A stretch of DNA of 63,155 bases, counting the filler, from Reclinomonas americana ATCC 50394 (taxonomy: Eukaryota): assembly GCA_048213135.1 (NCBI GenBank). It is 11 parts of 11 records of this genome, joined end to end, with 100 filler letters (N's around TTAATTAATTAA, not from the genome) between each part and the next. Parts side by side here need not be neighbours in the genome. Positions count along the whole stretch, not along the records: positions 21,718 to 35,180 come from AFZH01017128.1; positions 35,281 to 39,520 come from AFZH01017129.1; 9 more parts are not named here. One strand, 5' to 3'. Made by a program: the position numbers and the translations under genes. This document shows positions 24,701 to 37,399 of this stretch, one piece after another; within the stretch, counting starts at the first letter, position 1; each line of letters starts with the position of its first letter. Below the pieces are notes generated by a model. The model was not told the DNA's origin. It searched no databases and was given only the letters and a program-made list of their open reading frames with translations.

Positions 24701-27700
24701 CGCACCCTGCACACTCGATCCTCGCCGACCACAAGCATGTGATGCTCGACAAAGATGCGCATGAGCGCACGGAGTCGGAACGGCAAACCGTGGCTCTGCT
24801 CCCACAGCTCGACCACCACTGGCTCTGCCACTTTCTCCGCCTTGGTGATGACTCGAATGTACTCGGCACACTCGTCAAACGAGAATGCCGTAAGGTGCAG
24901 GGTCTATGCGGTTACCATTATGTGAGTATCATCACCACATCGCCGTGAAAAACAGATGAGCAGTGACGCAACACGAAGATTCAACGACTCGGCCACGGGC
25001 ACCGAGAGACCCAGGAAGCGGCGGGCCTCTGTCTCCACGTCCTTGGTCATGGCCGCGTCTTCCCATTGCGTGTAGTTGCACGTCAGTGCCATAAAGGGGA
25101 GACGGTCGGTGGTCACCGGGAACTCGCCGAGCGGCGTCTCGGAGTAGTTGAAGGTGAGGAAGCGCTTGAGTAGTGCGTGCGACTCGGCGTCCATGAGTGA
25201 TGCATTCTCAAACACCAGCAACGCAAATCCTTGGTCTGCAGTCAAGCAACGGTGAGCAATCTCGCAAGATAAAGCCCTGTCGGAAGCAACGCAACTGCGG
25301 AAAAGGCGGCGAAGGAGTTCGTCAATGAGCAGCACAGCTACATCATGTCGATACGCCTCGATTTCCTTCTCCGACAAGTTGCGAATGGGAAGCACCGGAC
25401 CAAAGTCCAGGCGCAGAACGGGATTCAACACTGGTGCCCAGGCGGCCAACTTGAATGTCTTGAGAAGCAGCAGCACCAGATTGCTCGGCACAAACGGCAC
25501 GCTCGGCGTCAGGTCTTGACCACGTCTGTATGTACACAAAAGCCGGTTAGTGTGTGGACAGAATGCCACCGATTGCACACTGAACAGACAGACCGCTTGG
25601 GACCAGATGCCGCCACCGGTGCCTTCGGCTTGTAGTTCATGTTGTGAAGTCGCTCCAGTAGGGACATGAGAGGTCGCGACCACACTGCGTAGGGCGTAGT
25701 GTGGTCGAATGCACTGCTCTTGCACACCACCAGAGGCAGCCGCTATTCGTCGGGGAGAATGAGTCTTTCTGAGGGATAATAACACATTCCAGTGACTGTT
25801 GAAACTCACCGCGTCCTTTTCGCTCATCACCGCAACAAATTTGTGCATCAGCGTGTGGCAGCCGACGCCCTGAATGCCACTAATCGTACACACACGACCG
25901 ACAATGGGAAGGCGCTCCATCGGCGGTGCAGAACTCTGGCGACGCGAATCGCGCGCCGAACCACGACTGTTCGCAAACGAGTGCGAGTCAGCATCACTCC
26001 AACAACAGCGATACATACAAACGAGGAAGACCACACACACACGAACCTGCTGGTCAGTGGTCGCGCCGACGCGGCCGACCGTCGTGCACTGACGACGTTG
26101 CTGCGACGTGCCGAGCTGGACTCGTTTCTCGTGGCGATAACTCTTCTCCGATCCTCGGCCAACGTCTCCACGTTCTCCAGCGTGCGCATGAGAACTTCGA
26201 GTTCCGTGGCGCGACCAGCTGCGCAGATGGACACGTGAGCGGGGGCAATGTTGGTGCTTACGCGCTGAGCAGGCAAGAGACTGCATACCAAAGTGCTCGA
26301 GCTCGGTGGTTCCATTCTCTACTCTGAACTCAAAGTTCTTGTGACTGTTGAAGTCGTTCTCCGGGTCGTGCACCACTTGGTACACCTTGACTGGGTCGGC
26401 CTTGCCTGTTGTGAGGAAAGAGAAGAATTTAGGCATGAGAGCATTGCCACCGCAAGCGAATCTCCTATCGTCACGCACCTTTGAGGACAAGCGACATGGG
26501 ATCGTTCACGAGCTTGAAATCACTTCCGGCAATGGTGTCGTCGGTGAGTGATGACTCGCAGCATGAGCTGAGGCACAGCGCGGGCAACAAGACTTTGGAT
26601 CCATCTGCTTACGGAAGGATTAGGCGGGGAGGGTCCTCATTCAGGAGATGCATGCGCACACATACCTTTTTGCACATTGTACTCGGGGTTGTCCTTCATG
26701 TATCGCATAACACCCATGACACGAGCGGCCGTGTTGACTACATCGCCCAGCAGCGTGAACTCGCTGCGGAACTGGTTTCCAGTTGGACCAGTGTACGCGG
26801 TGCCGTTGCTGCGCAGGATAGAAATTGGGTGGCAATGATACGAATGGAAGAAGAAAAAAGTTGAAGACGCACGCGACACCGGCAACCACATCCAACCCGA
26901 GTTCCGTCAGTGCCTGCGTGATGCGCGATGCGGCGTATACGGCTCGCTGGTTTTGCGCTGCGACGAACAACAGTGAGAAGAAATGCTTGCAACGCAGATG
27001 CCGATGCTGACAAGGGTCGCCGTACCGACTTGGGAGCTGGCAGAGAGACCAAATACAATGAGCATGCCAGCGCACTTCTCGTCGGAGAAGAGGTTGGACG
27101 TGAACGCCTCCAGCAGAGTTGCTGCTTGCTGCGTCAGATACACGCCTTGATGCATCATGCTACAGTGTGGCACGTGAGTGAGTGACGACGGATGTGCGGG
27201 CGAAAATCACACGAGAGCAACGGCCAACATGCCTCTGCTTGCCAGTGGCCAGTTTGGATGTCGCAATGGGATCGTTCGAGAAGGCCAGGAAGACGACCGA
27301 GACGTTGCGGAGAGTTGGCGTGAACTGACCACTGAAGGAACGCATCGAGTCCAGCTGCTTGTCGCCGAGCTGATTCAGCAACGTGAGAGCGCCCTCTGGA
27401 TGCTCCATATCGCTGCGGTGAAGTTTTCGCTCTGCACGTGACATGTTGGGATTGAGAATGAGCTTCCTTGGTCTCGACGGGAGTTGCTGACACGCACCCG
27501 AAGTTTCCTGAATAAAGCCGACACCAAAGAGCAACTGGTACACCATCCACGAACGATCGTGCTTGTGGTCCTCGTGCCTGACCGGACTGAGCCGTAGGAG
27601 ACCGAGGACACGAGACAGCAGACTGCAGAAAAGGAAATGCCTTTAGCAACACCGCATGCAGGATCACGAGCGCAATCACAAACTCACCATTTTGGGTATA

Positions 27701-30700
27701 AACAGGGCTTGATGTAGTGCTCGAGCGACTCACTGAGTGTCACTTCTCCCTTGCCGCACGCCGCCATTGCCTCCATAAGGCAGGCGTATGCGTCGCCATA
27801 GAACAGATACTTCCACCGACTCTGCAGTCCACCGACAAATGTGGCTGTCACCTTGCCGTACGCGATTCCTGCGTCATCCAGTGAGCAACATATGGAGATA
27901 CCTTGCACTACGCATGGTGGTGGTATGGTTAGCGTACCAATATGCACCATGAGGTGCGCCGTGTCGGACTCGTAGCAACCGGCCTCACGCATCAGTCGAG
28001 CGGCGCACAGGCACGCTCGAACGGCCGCACAGTTCATGTGCTCAATCATCGCCATCGACTCCTCCAGCGTCTCAAAGGCCTCCAGCATGGCCTCGCCTTT
28101 GCGCTGCGCTCGCAGCGACTCCACAAACATCAATACTTGTTCCTGACAGAAGCGCTTTGTTCGCTTCGTCTCCGCTCGCTGTGACAATGGCTCACAGTAA
28201 GCTTCAGCAGCAGGCGGCGATCGTCGACAAAGTGGATCATATGTGTACGCAACGTCGTTAACAAAAAACACCACCACCGCATCACCGACAAAGTTGAGAA
28301 TGTCGCCACCACACTCCAACACAATCATCAGCAGCAGGCAGAAGTACTCGTTGATGACAGTCGACAGCTGCTCCACGCCCTCGGCGCCCAGGGCGCACAG
28401 CGTCTCGGTGAGAGCTGTAAATCCACTGATATCGACCAGCATCAGAGCGCCCTCCATCTCGCGTCGAATATTGCTGCCAAAGTTCGTGCGCCCCAACTTG
28501 ACCATCTCCGACACAATATCTTGAATGCACAGTGGAACGTTGATGCTGTGCGCCAAGCGAGTGCCGATTGTCGTCAGTCGGGATCCACGCACAACGTGCA
28601 GAGGAGTCAGCACACATGCACTCACCGAACATCGACCATGTCTTTCTCGGGTCCCTCACGCGGGGCACCGACCGGTGGTGAAAACATGGTCTCCAGATGG
28701 GCGGTGAGCTTGGTGCGAGCACCCGGACGTCGCACACCGAGGTCGCTGGTCTCAGAGCCGAGCACAGAAGAAAAATCAATCTCTGTGCTGGAAGAGGCTG
28801 CAGATCGGCGGTCGTCGGCAGCCGATATCGGGCTGTAGACTTTTGCAAACTCGCCCTCCTTCTTTGTCGACGACGCCGCATCCTCTTCCTCGCCTTCGAC
28901 GCGGAACGAGACATCGCGACGCTCGTCGTACTCCACTGGCGCCGATGGCAGGCCGTTTCTGAGAAATGCAGTCAGCAAACAGTCGGGGAGCGAGTGTGCG
29001 CGTGCGCTAGCCTACCGACGGAGTGTGGCGATGTGATTCGAATCAGAGCTGCCGCCCTTTTTCGATCTGTGCACGTCACGTGAGTCATACGGCAAGAGTG
29101 GATGGCACGAAGGCAGTGTCACGCAACTTGCGATACCAATGCGGAGACATGCTGGGTGGTGGTGGCGCCTTGCGCACCGCCATCAGCAACTCCTTCTCAC
29201 TCTCTGTCTCACCCGCAACGTCGCTATCGAAGCGGTCACCACCAGGAAGGGGTATGGCTTCCACCGACATGGCGCCAGTCTGACTCGAGTCGTCGAAAAT
29301 CGCCGTTGTCGGCAACACCATGGTGATCGACTGTGGACCGGCAGAGTGCATCGCTGGACTGCCTTCACTGGAAGCCTCTCCGATTGAGCCACTCGGCGAT
29401 GGCGTGCTGCGCAAGCAACAAATAAAAGGATGAAATCCACACAACTCTGTGCGTAACACCGTAGTCTCATCACGCAACGCGCTGTCGCGACTCCCAATCT
29501 CAAGGTCGGGTCCATCGCTCGCGGGTGTATTGCGGCCCTTGCCATCGTGACTGTCGCGACTACGGCCACTGACGCTGCTTGATCGAGTGCCAAACTCCAC
29601 CTCGTCGTCATCATCCTCCAGGCGCTCTGTGCGCAGCACGATTTCGGGTGCATCCAACTCGTCGACCTCATCCGGCGGCAGCTTGAATGCAAGATCGTCC
29701 TCCTTGAACGTAAAGTTGCCAAAATGCAGCACATTGCCCGTCGTGCGAGCCTTTTCTGGCGGCGTGGCAGAGCCACCCAGTGCGAATCCCGACCAGCGAG
29801 CCATGTTTGCCATCGGGCCCACAGCAAGCATCGATCCACGAATGTCATCAATGGCGTCGGAGCCCAGCAGTCGAGCACGTGTACGCGCTTGGATCGCCGG
29901 GTCCAACAGGCCAATGCCAGACGGCAACTCCGACACCTTCGTGTCGAGTGCATACGGGCGTGGCTCTGGTGGATCCCACGATGCATTGATCGGCACCGTG
30001 CGCTGCAACAACCAGCCAAGTTCGGCCCACGCATCAATGTCCACGGTACGTCCCGGCGATATGCCACGAGTCAACACGAGCTGCTCTTCGGTGGGAGGGT
30101 TTGGCATCCTTCGCGTCATTGTCGGCCCCGCCGTGGATGGTCGGCATCCAGCGAGTGCTCTCGCCACGGCAGCGGCGCTCGGTGGTGCCACTGGTCTCGG
30201 TAGCAGCGGGTTGTCGTCCTCAGTCGGCTCAGCTGGCGGTGCGACTTCGTCGGCAGTGGCGGTCGTGCGCACACTCAGCTGTGGAGTCGTCGCCAGCGAC
30301 ATGGTTTGCAGGAGCTTGCTGTGCTCCAGTGGTGGTGGCATGAGGCCCCCGCGCGCCGATGTCATTCGTGACGGCATGGTGTCCACGAATGTCGTCGTCA
30401 GTGTGTCGTCGTCCCTGCGGTGCGCGAACAACATAAGACCGAGTACAATCGGTGAGGGAACGACTGTGCATGCGCAACAAGTCGTGCCACGGCATGTCGT
30501 CGATGCTCGTGGGTCGTGGACGCCCGCCGCGACTCGTCGGCATCGGCGACGCACTGGCCGATCGCACGCCACGCCGACGTGGACTTGTGCTGCGACCGAC
30601 TCGCATCTGCGACGGTGGCAACATCGCACTGCCACCACCACCACCACCACCACCACCACCGCTGGCAGATGGTGGTCGGAACACCAGCTCGGCACCAGGT

Positions 30701-31378
30701 GACGACTGACGGCTGGGCGGCATCGACATGAGCACGCCGCGCGATCGAGGCGAGTTTGGTGCCGATTGTGCACGCACAGCAGCGAAACCGCCGCCCACCG
30801 CCGGCGACGCAGTCGACGGTCGCGCAGCTGCAGGTACCGACCCAGTTGAGCCTCTCTGTCTCCCTCTCAATGCGACAGACACGCACACACTCACCTGGCA
30901 GTTTCGCATTCTCATCTGCGACCCACCCACCCAACGTGTTTGCGCGAGTGGGCGGCGTGATCGCTCGCTCCTCCTTCGACGCCGCCGCCTGCAAGTGCGC
31001 GAGGATGTCCGCAGGCGCCATGGTGCGTGGCCCATGCGCCGGACCCACCATACTGCGTGCCAAGCAGGCGAATCGTGACGCCAAAAAGGGCGCAGGCGGT
31101 GGTGGCGGAGGTGGTCGACTCGCCGACGCCGACCTGGCGCGCTTCCGCATCGCCGCCGACTCTGCCGCCTGCTTCCTCGCCGCCTCATCCTCCTCCTCCT
31201 GCTCACGCTGGCGACGCACCTGATGCTCCTGCACCTCACGCTCCTTGCGCAACGCCGGCAACACCACCGAGTTCACTTGCAACAGTGCCGGCACTCCGCG
31301 CTTGGTCGACTGCAGTCCCCCGCACAGCACCGACGACACCACAGAGCCACTCGTCCCACCAGGCGGAGCTTCCGCCAT
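21718..31378 (-). CDS. Soluble adenylyl cyclase (ADCY10/sAC)-like protein: long disordered N-terminus, two class III cyclase domains, STAND-type NTPase module and helical/TPR-like region; 3' partial
   Basis: C1: LVDISGFTALTE..GVEQLSTVINEYF..GGDILNFVGDA..HIG-IAYG..FVGG. C2: LRNVSVVFL..SDEKCAGMLIVFGL..EFTLLGDVVNTAARVM..GKADPVKVY. Then PIVGR, ISGIQGVGCHTL, LLVFENASLMDAES and QFDELSASDQQVLRVACVIG, followed by helical repeats. Joining the 28.6-31.4 kb exons to the cyclase is inferred from splice sites. Confidence 0.9.
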
Positions 31379-31488
31379 CGTCTCGTCCGCTCACCTCTTT
31401 TTTTCTTCTCTTCTCTAACCGTACAACACAACGGTCGACGAATGATTGAAAAACTCGTCCGGTTTTGTGCAGCAAAATACAGGACAAA

Positions 31489-32934
31489 ATGCGACTGCGC
31501 GATGAGCTCGAGGCGTGTGTGTACACGCGATTGTTGGAGCTGATGGGCTCACATAGCATGTGCGTGCGCATTGCACATCTCTCTCTTTCTCTGTGTGTGT
31601 GTGAGCTCTCACTCGCGCGCGCATGCAGTGCGGAATTGGGTTTGGTGGTCGCCGAGGAGCCGCACGAGAGCGACGAGGGAGAGGTGGTGGCGCGCAAGGC
31701 ACTCTCTGTGCAGGATGATGGACACGCACTGGCCATTGCCTACTGGGCGGTGCCGGCAATTTGCAGGCAGGCGCTGAGCAGGTTCCGCGCGCAGCGGGAG
31801 GCTGGAGAGGCTGCTGATGGTGAGAGAGAGGGAAAGAGAGAGAGAGGTGTGAAGGCACATTGCTGATGACATCTGTGCATGCAGTGCGCGAGCTCATTCA
31901 GTCGTCGTCGGTGGTGCTGCTGGTGAACCCCGACAGTCACACTGCGTGGAATGCTCGGTGAGAGAGAGACGCGCCTGCACGCTCATTGCGCTCCTTGCAC
32001 CTGCTGATGGATGCGCGATGAGACAGCAAGACTCTGATTGTGAGCGGTCGGTGGTCGGCGGAGCAGGAGGTGTCGTTCATGAACCTGGTGCTGTCGAAGC
32101 ACCCCAAGAGCTCGGAGACCTGGGCGCATCGCAAGTGGGTGGTGGAGCGCATGCTTACTTCGCGAGCGGAGGGTGTCGATGTGGAGCAGCTGGTGCACAG
32201 TGAGTTGCTGGCGTGCGACACGGCGGCGGAGCGCTACCGAAAGAACTACTATGTGTGGTTGTATCGCGGGATTCTCATGGAGCAGCTGGTGCCACCCGAC
32301 ATGGTGAGCGTACAGACGCACACATGCGCATGCGCACGTGTTGACCTGTGCTGTTTTTCGCATGCAGCGTGGTGACGAGGCTGGTCGACTGCGCGCATGG
32401 TGCTCTCGACACATTGGGGATCACTGCGCATTCTTCCGCCTGCAAAAGACGCTGGAGGCGGCCGAGAAGGATGGAGACGCGGCGGTGGACTGGGCGGCCG
32501 AGTACGAGTTCACCACCGACCTCGTGCACCGCAATCCCGGTCACGAGAGTCTCTGGTGCCACTTGCGGTACCTCGCACACCGTGAGTGCCAGCGATCGGC
32601 GCCACGCGCAGTGCCGCTGGAGCGATACGTGGCGTTTGTCGTGGAGGAGAAGGAGCGAGAGGATGGCGACAGTGTGTTTTGCGGACAGCAGCGACCACTG
32701 GCCGTGCGCTTCCTCATGTGGCTGTCGTTCCAGGTGCGTCACGGAGAGAGAAAGAGAATAAGTCGGTGTGCATCATCCTCATGAATGGCGCACCAGGTCA
32801 CACGGTCGTCAACATGTTCGACCGAGGAGCGCGCACTGACGAGCGAAAGCGGCGCACGAGCAACGGCGGAGCTGGTCGACTGCGACGCAGTGCGTGCCAA
32901 CTTTGTGCGTGCGTTTTGCCAGGTCGGAGAGTAA
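31489..32934 (+). CDS. PTAR1: Protein prenyltransferase alpha-subunit repeat protein (PTAR1, GGTase-III alpha-like)
   Basis: SFMNLVLSKHPKSSETWAHRKWV, ELLACDTAAERYRKNYYVWLYR, WCSRHIGDHCAF and PGHESLWCHLRYL are characteristic PPTA repeats of PTAR1. Confidence 0.88.
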
Positions 32935-33373
32935 AATGAATCACCACCACCACCACCATGTTGGAGCCGAGGAATGGCCGTCGTACACTTGTTGCACACG
33001 AGACCACAAAAAAGAGAGGGGCCCGGGAAAGAGGGGCGCAGCAGCGGTCGCCGCACAGGAGGGAGGGAGGGGAGGAGAAAAAGTCGTACAGACGTATCAT
33101 ACAAGCAGTCGCATGCACACAGTCCTACAGCGCACACACACTCTCCAGAGAGACCATATCCCCCACACGCTTGTCACTGTGTTGAACCAGAGACGCACGC
33201 GTGGAGCACAAAGAGGAAACAAAGATCAAGAGGGCGTTTGGGGGGAAAACGAGAAGAAAGAGGAGTGGGGGGGGAAGTACACAGCACCAACAGAGCGCAC
33301 AAAAATGGGTTCTCACACACACAAAACGATACACACGCACAAGCGAGAGAGAGAGACAGACAGAGAGGCACGA

Positions 33374-35180
33374 TTAGTCGTCGCCCTTGACCAAGCCAAT
33401 GACCTTGACGTGTCGGATCGAGACGATCGAACCGCCGCGCACGTTGTTGGGGAAGCGCAGGCGCACGTACTTGCAGATCTGCTCGCCCGGCAGCGCGAAT
33501 CGTTGCATCAGGTCACGCGTGCACTGGAACACCGAGAGCAGCGTCCAGTCGCCCAAGTGGCTTGATGTGTAGACCTCCACAGCCATGGGTGCGGGTTCGC
33601 CCGAGTGAATTTCGACTTGGGCCACAAAGCACTGACCGCCGTCGGCCAGCGTAAGGTCGATTTCGGGTGATACCGTGCGGTACACCTGCTCGTCGTCGAC
33701 CAGCACATTGTCGACAATGTTGTGCGGCTCGTGCACCTGATCCCACTTGGAGTAGGCGTAGGGGTGCTGAATGGCGACGCGCAGTGGCTCCGACTGGTGC
33801 ACCTGGGAGGCGACGCGGGCCAGATTGCGGCGCAGCGACTGCACCATGGGGTCCCACTCGTCGTACTTGACGTCGAGCTCCCTCTTCAGGTTCTCCTGGT
33901 CGCGCTGGCGCGCCTTCTCCGTCTCCTCCGCCTGCTGCAGGCGCAGATTGAGGTCCGACACCTCGCCCTGCAGGGCCCCCACACGACCCTCGGCCGCGCG
34001 CAGTCGGGGCAGTGCGGAGCCATTGTCGCCGAGCAAGTCGGCCGGGATGGACAGCTCGTACGTCTCCAGCGACTCGAGGTACGCCAGCGACGCAGGCAAG
34101 CGGCGATCCGAGAACAACCGTGACAACTCGGCACTCTCGTCGCTGCGCGAGGGGGGAGAGAGAGTGGGGGGAAGGAGGATTAGTAACAGTCGTGCACAAG
34201 ACACAAATGAGTGTGGCATTGCTGCGGCGACTCACCGGAACTTGATGACCATGCTTTGCAGCGTGCGCAGCTTGTTCTCCAGAATGAGGCGAGCCGAGCG
34301 AATCTTGCGGAACCAGCGCATGACCAGGAAGCGGCGCAGCACCGACTGACCGCGCACCACCGAGTACTTGAAGCGCAGGTACGAGCGACGGCACTGGCGA
34401 GCCACCACATTGGCTTGGCACTTGAGCAGGCACTTGCGAATGTGCTCGTACTGGTTGCGATCGCAGTGGCCGCGGAAGGTGGCCTGAATGGCCGTGGCGG
34501 CAGAGTCGCGACGAATGCCGCGGTTCCGGCGGTACGAGGTGAAAGCGAGGAAGCCACGAATGGTCGCCTGCAGCTTGATGACCTTGTTGCGCACGTCGTT
34601 GTAGGCCTTGCGCGCCACAACTGCACAGCACAGGAGTGAGCGAGATGGATAAAAGGGGGGAAGGGGAACGGGACATGAAAAAAAGAGGCGGCACGCAACA
34701 TCCACGCCAGATGCGCTGCACCTCAACGGCAAACTCCTGTTGCGCCGTGAGCAGCACCTGGTTGGCGGTCCATCGCTCGTCCGGATCGACACGCAAGCAG
34801 TTCTCGATAATGGAGCCAATCGCGTGGTATCTGGCACAGACGAAGATCAAGGAGGTGAGTGGAGCTGTCAAGCGATTCAGTTTTGCTTCGAAAAAAACTC
34901 ACCCCTCCAGGCGAGACCAGTCGACCGAGGCCGTCAGCACATCGTCGCGGAAGGCCTCCTCGTTGGAGACGTCGAAAGGCAGCTCACCAGTCACCAGCTG
35001 GTACAGCGTGACACCGAGGGCCCAGATATCCACCGGCAGGCCGTACGACTCCAGGCGCAGCAGCTCGGGCGCCCAGTACACCAGCGTGTGCGGGATGGCG
35101 GTGCCAATCAGAATCTTCGAGAAGAGCTTGTGCGTGCGGCGCGCCACATCGACCTCCAGCTGCACGGGGAAGGAATTGAG
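33374..35180 (-). CDS. Ser/Thr protein kinase (C-lobe visible) with tandem IQ motifs, coiled coil and C-terminal beta-sandwich domain; 5' partial
   Basis: TLVYWAPE, YGLPVDIWALGVTLYQLVTGELPF and CLRVDPDERWTA. IQ-like VQRIWRG, LQATIRG, IQATFRG, CQANVVA and GQSVLRR. C-terminal KYVRLRFPNNVRGGSIVSIRHVKVIG then stop at 33374. Confidence 0.9.
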
Positions 35181-35280
35181 NNNNNNNNNNNNNNNNNNNN
35201 NNNNNNNNNNNNNNNNNNNNNNNNTTAATTAATTAANNNNNNNNNNNNNNNNNNNNNNNNNNNNNNNNNNNNNNNNNNNN

Positions 35281-36508
35281 GTGCCGGCCATCACCGGCGC
35301 ATAGTAGTGCTGCGCCGGGGCCGCCACGACCGGAGGTGCTGCTACCGGGAGCGCCAGCGCTGCCTGCGTGGCCACCAGTTGCGAGGCCAGGGTCAGGATC
35401 TCGGGTGGCACGCCCGGTATGACGGCCAGCTGAGCGAGCGCCGTGGCGAGGCCCGTGGCGCCTTGCGGTCCCTGCGAGTCGCGATGGTAAGAGAAGACCG
35501 CGAGCAGAGCAACGATCCCCTCTTGTCCTCTGCGCACGCAACTGGAATGGTAGCCGACTGCACCATCTGCTGCACGGCCGCCTGCCACGGAGCCACTTGC
35601 GGTGGCACGACAGGCACTGGTGCGCCGTAGGCCATTGGTGGTGGCGCCTGCGCGTACCACGGTTGTGCCACGGGCGGTGTGGCTGCACTGGGCGCGCCTG
35701 CCACCCCCGGTGCATACGGTCGATTATCGTAGGCCTGACGCGGTCGGCCAGCACCACCACCACCACCAGCTGCTGCGGGTGCGGCTGCAGTTTCCGCACT
35801 CACACCACCGCGATGCCGATCGGGCGGAGGCTGGTACGGGCGATTCGGTTCAGCTTCGCGATGCGGTCGCAGCTGCGGACCACCGCGTGGTGGCGATCGA
35901 CTGACTGCACGCTTGTCGCCGGCCGCCGCCGGCAAGTTCCCCACCACTGCGCGCTCGAGACGCTCACTGATTCTTCGCAACACCTCAACAGGGAACACAC
36001 TCGGGTACCACGTGCGCATCAGCGTCACAAACAAATGGCGTGTTCGTGGATCGTAAACCTTGGTGCAAGAAAAAGGAGGAGTGTCAATCGCTCTCTGCAT
36101 GGTGGAGCTCGCACAACGACGACGAATGACAGATGACGTTACATGTTCAAAGGCTCCACAAAAGGTGCGCTCCAGGTTGCGTGCGAACGCCTCGACGTAC
36201 GATCCACCCACGTTCTTCACAATCGAATCGAGCAGATACATGGCCGGCAGCTTCTGATCCGGAGCCGCCTGCATGCGCGACATGTGAGACACGCCTATTC
36301 TCTGTGCGTGCGAGGAGCAGCAACCCACCGACTCAATGTGCGCCTCCAATGCCATGACCAGCGCATCGACCATCTCTGGCTGCGACGCATTGTCCTCGGC
36401 GACAAACGTGAGTGCATTGATCATGGGCTTGGAGTTGATGACCAGCTCGGCCAGGCCAGCACGGAACTGGTCGTACAGGCGAGCAGCATCGCCGCTCAAG
36501 CGACTCAT
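35281..36508 (-). CDS. PCF11: PCF11-like cleavage/polyadenylation factor, CID domain; 3' partial
   Basis: LAELVINSKPMINALTFVAED, KLPAMYLLDSIVKNVGGSY..F..NL, LMRTW...VFP match the PCF11 CTD-interacting domain. Confidence 0.92.
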
Positions 36509-36764
36509 GACAACTCTCTGCATGCGAGTCAAAGTGAGACAAGCCGTGTTCAATCAATGTGTGTGATTGCACAACGATGTGCGCGTTGATAGTGTGCTGG
36601 TTGCAGTTGTGGGTGCATGTGTGAAGACAGAGCACGGGAGAGCAGGGAGAGGGCAAGAGCAAAGGTGCGCGATGACGACAATGACGCGCTCGTTACACGC
36701 ACGCATGAAGACGCGACATGATGCACAATGCACATGCGTGTGTCTGCGTGTGTGTATGCAAGAC

Positions 36765-37305
36765 ATGCAACGTACCAAGCGCCCAACAACAACGACGACG
36801 ACCAAAGTGAAAGTCAGGTTTCACACGGAATTCCATTTGCGCAGCCCACATGGCAACCCTTCTCACTTCATCTTAAAACAGGAATGTGGGGCGATGGCGG
36901 TACTCTATCCGGCTCCGTTGCGTCTCTCTCCCTCTGTGTGTTGGTCACTCTCTCGCTCACATGTGGGGGTGTTGTTAAGCCGGCGTTTGGTCACGGAGCA
37001 CTTGACGTTGGCGCGCGCGCACGAGCGGATAGCAGTGGATCGGGTGCGCCGATTGACGCGTGTGTGCCCATGGCGTCGGCCACAGCCACGCCGGAGACGA
37101 TCATGAACATGTGGAGTGCGGATCCGACGGTGGTCGATGCGGCGTGCTCGCCGGTGCGGCGTGAGCAGATCAACTTGACCGTGTATCGACCGGCGGCGTC
37201 GACGCTCGCGGCGCCACCTCCCGCCCAGGTGGATTGGGATGCGGCGGCGGCGGCTGGGGAGCCGACGAGTTACAAGTTGTCGGCCTCGAAGGAAGCTTGT
37301 TGCGT
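36765..37305 (+). CDS. Possible hypothetical protein, exon structure unresolved
   Basis: GC-rich coding-like stretch (..TPETIMNMWSADP..NLTVYRP..) divergent from PCF11, with plausible splice sites. No recognisable domain. Confidence 0.35.
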
Positions 37306-37399
37306 GCGGAGAGGAGAGGGAGTAACGATAAGGGGGGACAGGGAGAGGGAGTACGAAAAGGGAATCGGGAGTGATGTTTGTGGGAAGGATGTGGTGTAC

